Translations under genes and position numbers: made by a program
Assembly (NCBI RefSeq): GCF_031769215.1
Contig: NW_026782303.1
Coordinates: 372,001 to 436,000 of the forward strand
Direction: 5' to 3'
DNA: 64,000 nucleotides
Source of the DNA: Ylistrum balloti
Taxonomy: Eukaryota
Part shown: positions 49,711 through 61,742 of the stretch, in pieces
How positions within the stretch are numbered: position 1 is the first letter of the stretch
How the letters are laid out: each line of letters starts with the position of its first letter
The notes under the pieces: generated by a model
The model's input: only the letters and a program-made list of their open reading frames with translations
The model's database searches: none
What the model was told of the DNA's origin: nothing

Positions 49711-50442
49711 TGTAATACAAATCATTATCCTGTATTATAATACAAATTATTGTCTGTTACTATAATACAAATTATTGTCCATTACTATAATACAAATCAT
49801 TATCCTGTATTATAATACAAATTATTGTCTGTCACTATAATACAAATTATTGTCTGTCATTATAATACAAATTATTGTCTGTCATTATAATACAAATTAT
49901 TGTCTGTCACTATAATACAAACTATTGTCTCTCACTATAATACAAATTATTGTCTGTTACTATAATACAAATTATTGTCTGTTACTATAATACAAATTAT
50001 TTTCTGTTACTATAATACAAATTATTGTCTGTTACTATAATACAAATTATTTTCTGTTACTATAATACAAATTATTGTCTGTCACTATAATAACAAATTA
50101 TTGTCTGTTACTATAATACAAATTATTGTCTGTCACTATAATAACAAATTATTGTCTGTCACTATAATACAAATTATTGTCTGTCACTATAATACAAATT
50201 ATTGTCTGTCACTATAATACAAATTATTGTCTGTCACTCTAATACAAATTAATGTCCATTACTATACCACGAATTATTGTCTGTTACTATAATACAAATT
50301 ATTGTCCATTACTATAATACAAATCATTATTCAGTATTATAATACAAATTATTGTCTGTTACTATAATACAAATTATTGTCTGTTACTATAATACAAATT
50401 ATTGTCCATTACTATACCGTGAATTATTGTCAATTACTATAC
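49711..50442. repeat. 25-bp AT-rich minisatellite (~29 copies)
   Basis: Unit TATAATACAAATTATTGTCTGTTAC. Confidence 0.97.
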
Positions 50443-50719
50443 TATTAATCATTATCAAAGTAAGTGTTAGACTACTTTGTTATGTGCAATATTTGTAATG
50501 GTGTACTGTCATACTATGTGTGATAATGTCTCCTCTCTGGAGTATTGTAAAATACAAGGGAAAATAAAGAATAGATTGCCATAATAAGCGTCAATCTCTT
50601 GTCGAGTTCAAGACGTCCACGCAAAACCTAGCTATGTGAAGACCTGTGTGAGTTGACCGGTTGCTGAAATAGTCCGGGGAAGGATTGGTAGTCATTTCCA
50701 TAGTTTAGTTCAACTCTAA

Positions 50720-51437
50720 CACTAACGTCGAGCATATCGTTTGCAAAAGTAGACGATGTAATAGAAAATATCTGGGTTTTTTTTTTATTGTGAGATGCTG
50801 GAAATACTTTATAAATCTGGTTTTCACATCTGAACCTTGCTTCACATTCTTTCGGACATTATACACTTTGTATGCAGAAGTGGGGCTAAGTGTCCATGTT
50901 TGTCTATCACACGATTCGATGGATCGCACGTGGTTTAAAACATATTCGGTGAAAGTGTTTATTCAATGGGTGTACACTATGAGGATGACGGGATTCCGCA
51001 ATTTTTTTTACGTTAGTAAATATAAACAAACGAAATACCGGATATGTTTGACTGGAATCCGTACGCCATGTCATTCTCTTGCCATAGAGACAGGAAGCTA
51101 TAAAAATATTACGAGGACACAAAGATATTGTAAACGGTGTAACTCTGTAACTTAAGTTGAGGATGAATTCCATTTTTGTACTGATATGTAGACAATTCCT
51201 AACCATTCGAGCTCATTTTATTAAGAGATATTAATGGAGAAAACCTTCAGTCTTAAAGTTAGTTGAATTATTGAGTATCCACAATATTAAAGAACTTTGT
51301 ATGTTAGGTAGATTTATTTATGAAGTTAGTAAATTGCGAAATCCCTAATTATATACAGAAGGCGTGACAATAGTCTTCCTTCTCTGCTTTTTATTATGTA
51401 ATGTATAAGTAATAAGGCCTAAATTTGTAATAAAACT
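50720..51437 (+). mobile_element. Internally deleted, decayed LINE 3' remnant (copy A)
   Basis: Remnants HSLAIETGSY..RTQRYCKRC..EDEFHF and KRY*WRKPSV.KLVELLS; tail AATAAAACTTGAAACTTGA. Confidence 0.85.
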
Positions 51438-53370
51438 TGAAACTTGAGATCTTTAGGCCTCGATTCCCAAACGGCGTCATCTAACGGCTTTCCAGTTGAC
51501 TAGAGACTTTCTGATGATATGAAGGGTTGTTCCTACAGATTGCCCACAGTTATAGGTCTGATAATGCGCCTCCAATCAAGTATTTGTGGGATAAACTTAG
51601 TTAAAGTGACATTGTACTGAAGTCTCCGATACGATCAAGCTGTACATTGATATAATCCACTTTCAGTATACATGTAGCAATATCATGATAAGCAGTGATA
51701 TTTGATATTTTAGATCATTACTGCGTGTTGCCATAAAGCTAGGAAATTAGCATGGACACAGGACATTGGTATTCACGTTTAGTTTACATATCTGAAATGT
51801 ATACTTCATGTTCAAAATCATTATTTTGTTAAGACAAGTTGCGGCTCTCAATCCGCGATGATTTCGCCGGAATTTTTAAACATATAACATCATTTGAAAA
51901 GACATAGGATGTGTTGTTATTTGCTCATATAAAGACTTTGTACATCTTTTGACGGATATGGAACTTCGTATAATTATCAAAATGTATATTACTGGAGATA
52001 GAAAACGACAGAAAAAAGAATGAATAATAGTTACAATAAAATCCAAATTTTTCAATATATTAATAGTTTACTCCGAATTGCAACAATAATACTGATCATT
52101 CAACACTCCGCCCACTCTACTTCTTTATCGTTAAAGCTTCGTCAGATTGTGTGTGAAGTTTAACCGCAATAGGTCTATTCTTATCGACATTTTAACAACA
52201 GTTGTGTTTATGAAAGTTTAATCTCTTTGATACAAAACTTGAATTCTATGAAATGAGGGTAAATTACAGTATTTACAAATACGAGATTTGCCGTTCAGAA
52301 AAGATGGACGCCTTCTGTTTCCTTGACGACACCAGCCATATAAATTTAGGTCCATACGAGTGTGTGATTTCGCGTTCCCATTGGAGAACTAGTTAACTAG
52401 CAAGGAACCACCGAGCAAACTAACAAGTATCAAACACTTTCAACTTCATATCATACAAGAAAATAAAATGATATAATTAAGACGACTATAAAACTTCCTG
52501 ATAGTCTTCATCAACCTGTATTATCTATCACCTGTACGGAGTCAATCGACTTTTTCGGCTGTACTATAACCCTGTTTACACTAAGGTAGGAAACAATGTG
52601 AAGAGATGGTAAAAAATATAGAAAAGATCTCTATAAGATGTTCTAAATACGCTTCACGTTGGACATTTGTAAACCTTCTGACATAGGGTAAATAAGATCA
52701 GCAGATTAAAAAGGACATGCACATATCTCGTAAAATAACATATAATTTTATCTGTGAGGATCCCGAACTGTTTTGTGTACATATTATGCCTCGTGAAGAA
52801 AATGGTTGGCGAGTCTTCTACCGTTCGAGTTGTCTCCCGTTGTCCATCCTTTGTAAGTTCCATGGCATTAAACACTTCATCGTGCGATAAGTCGTTTTGC
52901 TATGGAAAAAAGGTGGTGTTGCTGAGACGGTCATATCATGATTGAAAGGATAGCAGATATTCGCCACTGTTTTAAAATCGAAAGTGTGTGTATTTCAGTT
53001 CAATTTTCATGACCAACTGAAAAAAATCATTTCAGTTTTGAAAAAAAATGTATTATGCCATTTAACGAAACGATACTTGACTAGTCTATAGTTAGCTTTG
53101 TTAAAATGTAACCATCTTCGTTCGTAATGATGGGTGAGAAACGACCAAATGTGAGGAAGATATACATACTTCAATACATGAAATGGGGTCGGCACACTAC
53201 CTAGGTGTGTAATCATTAGTGTATGTGTATATACGTAGAACTCATCAGTTTAACACATAACGCTGTATTTTAAAAACTAAAATGTGGAGTGCTCAAATAC
53301 ACTTTAAATTGATGGAATGTTTGATGTTGGTCACCAGAACAGTTAATCATGTAACTAATAGAGTAATGAT

Positions 53371-53659
53371 CGAAACTTGTTTTGTTGTCAGTAACCAGTC
53401 ATAATAACTGGTCATTGATGTTTAACCAGTAACCAGTCATAATAACTGGTCATTGAAACTTGTTTTGTTGTCAGTAACCAGTCATAATAACTGGTCATTG
53501 ATGTCTAACCAGTAACCAGTCATAATAACTGGTCATTGATGTTTAACCAGTAACCAGTCATAATAACTGGTCATTGATGTTTAACCAGTAACCAGTCATA
53601 ATAACTGGTCATTGATGTTTAACCAGTAACCAGTCATAATAACTGGTCATTGATGTTTA
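53371..53659. repeat. 38-bp minisatellite (7 copies) with internal inverted repeat
   Basis: Unit AACCAGTAACCAGTCATAATAACTGGTCATTGATGTTT; ACCAGT and ACTGGT pair around a 7-nt loop. Confidence 0.95.
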
Positions 53660-55989
53660 GTCTCCACCATATTCCCCGTGAATACTAAAATATTCAACTG
53701 TGTTGCGATAGTCCTCTACCCCTTCTGTGATCGTAGCACTGTGGGAAACAAATGTATGGTATACTAATTATATGTGGTCTACCTACACCACGACAGACTT
53801 TAGAGTCAAACGTGACACGGCCCCATCAGTTATTATCTCTCAAATCAAATCTGGATATCTATTCCTTGTCATTGAAACACTGTTTCATTTATTAAAATGA
53901 ATAAATAACAATTTTAAAAAATCCGGCAAGGGTATATGATGAATCGGGGATTTGGACATATGCTTTCTTCAGTTCTTTTTCTTGTGTCTTTCCTTATTGA
54001 ATACCACTTCCTTCATCCTAACTTTTTTTTATTTCAATACATCATACACAGCGTCTATTAGTGCCCTCAACACTTTGATTTAGTCTAATAAGTTGCGACG
54101 ATAACCTCGCGTCATGGGAATTTCTAGTTTCAGGTTAGTCTTGCATTTTTTGGAACCTGTGGGACACCTCTTGGCCAATCACAGAGGCGGGATTTTCTCA
54201 GTCATGTAACTAGACAATTTATGAATTTAAAAAATTCCGATGTCTTGTTTATGCATTTCGTTGTTTTCCGTTCATTGTTTTCTTGTTTCAGGAGAAGTTT
54301 TTATCTCGCAACCATCAATTGCTTTTATTTTGTACCTCTTTCGCCCATGTTCTGTTCATCTGCCCGTCTGTCCTTCAATAGGTCGTGTATTTTCTGAATT
54401 TCCTGAAGTTCTGAAATTCAGAAATCAATGTTCCTATTTTAATTTTTGACTGAATTTCCAGGCCAGAAGACAAAATTGGATTTCAAAAGTTAAAAATTGA
54501 TAATATAATTTCGTTTGTAACGCATAATTTCATTGCGTAATTGATAATGACCTCTGTTACGTTAGGTTATTTTTCCATAAAGCGAATAATTGAACGCCAG
54601 AGCTGATGACGTCATACACACATAACTACTTTCTCCGCCATTTTGTCGACTTTTCTGTCTTTTCGTAGCATGATGTCCTTTAGTTTTATTTCAAACTGTG
54701 CTGTCGATAACTGTGTTTCAATTCTCTCAATCGTAATGTTGACTGTTGTTTTTAGAGGTGTCTATTGTCGATCGATTAAATTTTAGAAATTCAGCGTACA
54801 AGAGGAATTTTTAAGAATGATTTTGGTTGTTACAGACTTGTTACTCTTACTATTCTTATAGATCTATTGATTCAAAGATGGACATTTGATTAGAGTCTTA
54901 CGTGTCTATGCAGAGTGTTCATCCGTTTTTTTTTTTAATTTTCAGTCAGTAGACCTAAAACTTAGAAGAAAAAAACCTGCCTCGTGTTTCCTGAATATTA
55001 CTTTGTTTTTGCTATCGACCATTCTTATTCATTTATCTGTCAAAATTGTCGGGAAAATTTCCTCTTTGATTTCTGTGCTGATTTTCTGATGTTTGGCATT
55101 GCTGGCGATCCCTGGTAACACAATTAGATATACAGACCAATGTAAAACATTTTGTAGAATCTTATCTGGGAAGATGGTGGCCTTCAGTTTTGGCAATGAA
55201 ATTTGAAAGATTAACAAATATGCTTTTAAACATCAAAAACTTTCACAAAAATAGTACTTTTTTTTTCTTCGTGTACGTCCTGTCAGGTGTTCCCGACAAG
55301 TATGTATCTATTCTGAAGATTATAATCTTCTTAGCTTTGATATTGACAAATCTTCTATTTGTTTGTTTTCGTTTTCAATTTTTCAATACTTCACAAAAAG
55401 GAAGAGTGTATCGGAATCACTTTGTCTGTTTGTGTCACGTGACTTATGCAACGTATTTGGGTTTGGCTTTTACCAAAAAGCGGGTTAAATTTGATAAGAA
55501 ATTTGGTTAACGCAAACTGTGGAATTTACATTTCTCCCTTTCACTTAGTTATTTTCTGTATGTGAAATTTAAATTGTTCTCATGAAAGTCCTTATTAAAA
55601 TTGCCAAAACGTGAATTAGAGTTAGATAGAAATATCGCAATCTTGCTTTCGTTTTTTTTTTTTTTTTTTAATGATTTCGAGGAAATTGTAGAAAATTTAA
55701 GTGTGTTATATACACTGAACTCTCGAGGGTTGCTGCCAGCTCATAACCAATAAGTGTTACAGTGAAGTTTTTTCAAGTTAAGAGAACACGTCTTTTCTGC
55801 ATCGAGGTTAGAAATCAAGAGAGCGCTTTCGTGTTGAGTCAGTTCCAACCAAGGGAGATAACTCCCACTCGCGTTGATGGTATTATAAATGAATGTTTTT
55901 GGTGGGTATTGTTTGCTGTTTAGGAATTTTTTTTGCATCTAAACTGAATATCAAATTACTGAAATGGTCTCTGATATATGATATAATAT

Positions 55990-56956
55990 CTGATGCTCAA
56001 TTAGGGTTAAGACCTGGTCTTAGTACTGTTTTCTTGTTTTGTTTTGTCTTTATTCTATAATATCTAAATCTTTGATTAATAATAAAAAGATTATACTGCT
56101 GCTTTGTCGATTTTCGCAAAGTTTTTGATAAAGTTAATAGAGTAAAGTTTATGTATCTACACGTAAAATCATTTGTAAAATTAAATGGTAACCTGTCAGA
56201 TTTCTTCGTTGATAATGTCGGAATATTGCAGATTGAAATATTTAGGAATTTTACAAAAATACAATGATAAATCCAGACGCAACTGGCTGTCCAAGGGCGT
56301 AAAGCTTTGTTTGCTTTACATTTCATGTGCTCTTGTTTAAACCTTAATATAAAAAAACATGTTACTTCTATTTGATAATTATGTGAGTATTATTCTTTAT
56401 TATGCAAGCGAAACATGGGGTTCGTGTAAGGCCTGATATAGAACATGTGCATTTGGATTTTTGTAAAAGGTGTTAAAAGTAAAGACGTCAGCGTGTAGCA
56501 GTATGGTTTATTCTGAATTGGGACGGGTTCCTTAAAAAATTGAGAAAATATAGAAAGATAAAATATTGGTTTAAAATCAGACTTTCTGATAACTGTATTG
56601 TATCCAAATCATACAATGTTCTGTTAAACTTGTGTAACAGAAATGTTTTCAATTGGGTCACTTCCATGAAATCCATTTTTTACTGATATGTAGATAATTG
56701 CGAGCAATTCGAGCTCATTTCATTAAGAGATATTAATGGAGAAAACCTTCAATCTTCAAGTTAGTTGAATTATTGAGTATCCACAATATTAAAGAACTTT
56801 GTATATTAGGCAGATTTATTTATGAAGTTAGTAAATTGCGGAATCCCTAATTATATACAGAAGGCGTGACAATAGTCTTCCTTCTCTACATTGTATTATG
56901 TAATGTATATGTAATATGTACTGATGGGCTTAAGGCCTAAATTTGTAATAAAACTT
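55990..56956 (+). mobile_element. Internally deleted, decayed LINE remnant (copy B)
   Basis: Colinear remnants DAQLGLRPG, RLYCCFVDFRKVFDKVNR, QGRKALF, YASETWG, HVHLDFCK, IKYWFK. The final ~270 bp is nearly identical to copy A. Confidence 0.85.
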
Positions 56957-59430
56957 CAGATCTCGAGATCAACACTACGACAAAAGAATGTCCCAAAGCC
57001 GAAGATCAATGCTAAGACTGACCCAGAACCCGAGATCAATACAACGACAAAAGACCTACTGAACCCGAGGTCTACAGTACAACAGAAGACTGTCACAGAG
57101 TCAAAGATCAACACAACGACAAAAGACCTACTGAACCCGAGGTCTACAGTACAACAGAAGACTGTCACAGAGTCAAAGATCAACACAACGACAGAAAAAC
57201 TCAAAAAGCCTGAGATCAAATGAAGACTCTAAGAACCGAGATCAACATTAAGACAGAAGGCTGTCCCAGAACCCAAGATAAAGACATCGACAGAAGACAG
57301 ACTCAGAGCCGAGATGATTAAGATAGTGTCCCTGACCCCGAGATCAGCACTAGAACACTAGACTGTGCGAGAGGTCGAGACCAACACTGCGACAGAAGAC
57401 TGTCTCAGAAGTAGATCAACACAACGACAGGATACTTCCACTAAACCCGTGATCAACACTGCGACAGACGACTGTCTCACAAGTAGATCAACACAAGGAC
57501 AGAATACTTCCACTGAACCCGTGATCAACAGTGCGATAGACGACTGTCTCACAAGTAGATCAACACAAGGACAGAATACTTCCACTGAACCCGTGATCAA
57601 CAGTGCGATAGACGACTGTCTCACAAGTAGATCAACACAGCGACATAATACTTCCACTGAACCCGTGATCAACAGTGCGATAGACGACTGTCTCAGAAGT
57701 AGATCAACACAGCGACAGAATACTTCCACTAAATCCGTGATCAACAGTGCGATAGACGACTGTCTCAGAAGTAGATCAACACAAGGACAGAATACTTCCA
57801 CTGAACCCGTGATCAACAGTGTGATAGACGACTGTCTCAACACAGCGACAGAATACTTCCACTAAACCCGTGATCAACAGTGTGATAGACGACTGTCTCA
57901 GAAGTAGATCAACACAGCGACAGAATACTTCCACTAAACCCGTGATCAACAATGCGATAGACGACTGTCTCAGAAGTAGATCAACACAAGGACAGAATAC
58001 TTCCACTAAACCCGTGATCAACAGTGCGACATACGACTGTCTCAGAAGTATCAACACAGCGACAGAATACTTCCACTGAACCCGTGATCAACAGTGTGAT
58101 AGACGACTGTCTCAGAAGTAGATCAACACAAGGACAGAATACTTCCACTAAACCCGTGATCAACAGTGCGACATACGACTGTCTCACAAGTAGATCAACA
58201 CAGCGACAGAATACTTCCACTGAACCCGTGATCAACAGTGTGATAGACGACTGTCTCAGAAGTAGATCAACACAGCGACAGAATACTTCCACTGAACCCG
58301 TGATCAACAGTGTGATAGACGACTGTCTCAGAAGTAGATCAACACAAGGACAGAATACTTCCACTGAACCCGTGATCAACAGTGTGATAGACGACTGTCT
58401 CAGAAGTAGATCAACACAGCGACAGAATACTTCCACTGAACCCGTGATCAACAGTGTGATAGACGACTGTCTCAGAAGTAGATCAACACAGCGACAGAAT
58501 ACTTCCACTGAACCCGTGATCAACAGTGTGATAGACGACTGTCAAAGATATTGAAATCAGCGTTAAGATCGAGATCAACAAAATGACAAAAGATGTGTCA
58601 CTGAAGTCGTCAACACATCAACACTGAACCCGTGATCAACAGTGTGATCACTGTCTCAGAAGTAGATCAACACAGCGACAGAATACTTCCACTGAACCCG
58701 TGATCAACAGTGTGATAGACGACTGTCAAAGATATTGAAATCAGCGTTACGATCGAGATCAACAAAATGACAAAAGATTGTCACTGAAGTCGTAATCAAC
58801 ACTAAGACAGAAGATTGTCACTGAGCCAAAGATCAATTCTACGACGGCAGACTAACTCAGAACCCGAAATGATCACTATGACAGAAGACTTTCCAGGAGT
58901 TCAAAATTTACACGACAGAAGGCTTTCTCCTAAATTGATATCAGTGCTAGGATAGAAGGCTGTCCCAGAACCGAGGTTAACGCTACGATAGAAGACTTTC
59001 CTAGAGACTGAGATCAACATAGGACTGTTCCAGAGCCCGAGGTCAACATTATGGAAGAATAATGTTCTGGAGACTGAGATCAAGAGAGGACTGTCCCAGA
59101 GCCCGGGGTCAACACTATCGCAGAATACTGTTCTGGAGACTGAAATCAAGAGAGGATTGTCCCAGAGCTCGAGGTCAACACTATTGTAGAAGACTTTCCT
59201 AGAGACCGAGATCAACAGAAGACTCTCCCAGAGCCCGAGGTCAACACTATTGTAGAAGACTTCCCGAGACTGAGATCAACAAAAGACTGTCCCAGTACCC
59301 GAGGTCAACACTATGGTAGGATACTGTCTTAGAACCGAGATGATCAGAAGACTGCCCCAGATATTGAGATCAACACTACGACAGAAGACTGTCTCAAGAT
59401 AAGATGATTCTCCCACAGAGACCACAGTTT
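56957..59430. repeat. Complex satellite of ~36-bp monomers with 72-bp and 66-bp dimeric higher-order zones
   Basis: Shared core GAG(A/G)TCAAC...GACAGAAGACTGTCYCAGA. Homogeneous 72-bp unit at ~57400-58750; 66-bp period at 59004, 59070, 59136 and 59202. Confidence 0.92.
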
Positions 59431-59584
59431 CGATTTTCCTTTTAAATGATACTCCAATATGAATACGATGTGCCGGATGTCCCATTTAGTCAGGTTTTAC
59501 TGTTCCAAACTAAAATATAAATCCTGATACAGAACTGAAATCTATTTTTAGATACCTGAAAATATAAATAAGATAGATACATTA

Positions 59585-59715
59585 ATTTGTTTGTCGGGTT
59601 TATCGCCTCGCGCACAGCCAGGGGTCATTTTCAGGCAGAAACTCCTAGTAGCTGATTGGTACAATACCTCACTGGATAGCATATAGGAGTCCCGTCAAGA
59701 ACAATAACGGTTAAG
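59585..59715 (-). mobile_element. SINE 3' portion with (AAAC)-like tail
   Basis: Minus strand ends AAAATGACCCCTGGCTGT...GATAAACCCGACAAACAAA, resembling the 3' end of common mollusc tRNA-SINEs (recalled pattern). Confidence 0.45.
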
Positions 59716-61742
59716 TGTCTTTCCAAACTACAATACCACGACATTACAATATCGGTCCGAAACACAAACTGTCACGGGTATGGATATTCAAATGCATTAC
59801 TACTGTTGACAAACCCATCATAAACTTTATCGAGATATATTTAAATAATATCAACATGAATTGTCTTTTATCAAATCGTTACAGTTATTGCTGGAACCAA
59901 ACATTAAAAATCAAAGTACTGAAAGTAATGAGAGGCTAAACGTATTGCAAAATGTTCACAAATAACGCTAAGCTATATTACCCATACTCCTACACTTTGG
60001 AATGCAAAAATTACTAAAATAAGAGAACCAGAGGCTATTTTTCTTAATTTTAAGCGATTTTATATCTTTTTTAATTCTTATTTCAAATTTGACGGCAATA
60101 ATGTGAATAAATCAAAATAAGTTAAAAAAAATAACAAAATACACACAACCATATATTTATCGCCAACAAGCCAAATGATAAATAGCTCTATGATGAAGTT
60201 GACTAAATAAAACCTTTGAAATACCCAAGATGTTGCAATTACTATCCTATCAATATGAGGATTTAAACAAATCGAAAGGACTTTATACCTACTTCTTTAT
60301 TTTGAATATATTGCAAAGTAAAAGTTCTTACTTAATTATATTTGTAGTTGAGGAAAGTAGATAAGGTATACACAGCATTTCAGTTAGATAAAAGTGTGAG
60401 TAATTACATTAAATGTATTTACATGCCTATCTTCCTTGAAATATCATGGTTAGACTTTTCTTCCAGTAATTATGTCTATAAAGGCATAGTTCTATTAGAT
60501 TAAACCGGATTTCCATATATATACAAAATTTACAATATTTTCACTATAGCTACCACTATTTCTGATCTCCAATGCATTAGATAATGTCACCATGACACGC
60601 AAGATGAATAAATATGTTATGGAAATATTTCGTTCTAGTTAATTGATAATCATAAACATGAATATTTTGGGGTTTGTTTTATACGCGCTTTGTTTGAAGG
60701 AATATTTTCATTTCAAGGAACTTTGATACACATTAACAAACATTGACAAATCAGCACAATCAACCTTCATCAAATAAAACTAAAAGACAAAAAATATAAG
60801 TTATAACAAAGTCAACATCATGATCAGTACTGTATTAAAAGCATATCAATCATAAATCATGAGCACCAAATGTACCTCGCCTACGAAGCGCAAACTTTTA
60901 ACTTCAAAAACTTGAAAAAGTGTCATGGCGGTGGATGTGAAAATCCTGAAAAAGTGTCATATCGGCGTCTAATGAGGTTAAGTGATTTTATATATTAAGA
61001 CGATCTTGCCACAACGACAAGGATTAAAGCAAAATTGATGTTCTGTTTGTAATTTTTGTTTGTTTATAAGTGCTGTTAGTTGATAATTCAAACCAAGCCC
61101 CCAGACTAGGTTCTTATCATGGCGCTAAATATATATAGTAATCGTATTGTTATTAAAAAAATAAACTAATTTTGGATGCTTTTAAAATAGCGATTTGAAA
61201 AATCGCGGCATTATTTACGAAGAAAATTGCCGCTATAGGGCTCTAACTCTTTTCAATATTTCAGCCAATGAGAAGGCCAGGATCGGTAAATTTTGTCTGA
61301 AAGGCCGTCGCAATAGGCTATGCGTACTGAGTACGTTTAGCCTAAAAATGCTGTTACAAGTATTGAAAATAACGGACACAAAAGTTAATAGACTCCCTTA
61401 ATTCATGTAGAATTAAACTAGCTTGTTTGGTTTCTTGTTAAATGGCTTATAAGGAGTTGGAATTCAAGTTATATTATTCACTGTCTTCTTCTTTGCTTTT
61501 AAACTGTTTTATAAACATTTTTTTTCATTCGCTAATTTTATTTCAATACGTTTTTGAACATAACACATACTTCCTGTCCTTATTGGAGGCTGTCCAAATA
61601 GTTATTATCCTGACAAAAATATGAAGCTCCAAACATTTTCCTCTCAAATATAACAAGACCGATTTTGATAAGGATTTATTATTAAAGTGTTCAAAGTTTT
61701 GAGTGAAACAGACGGAGAAAAGCATCTTAATGACCCCATGGA

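Noticed and set aside
56924-58554. Thr/Ser-rich 24-aa repeat ORFs as a mucin-like or biomineral protein exon
   Set aside because: Frames break at truncated units (stops at 57223, 57865, 58079), the 66-bp zone has stops in all + frames, and no splice sites or signal peptide link them.
60905-60981. TTAA-CCTCATTAG end with repeated AAAAAGTGTCAT, piggyBac-like
   Set aside because: No matching opposite end or transposase remnant was found in the window; too little to call.
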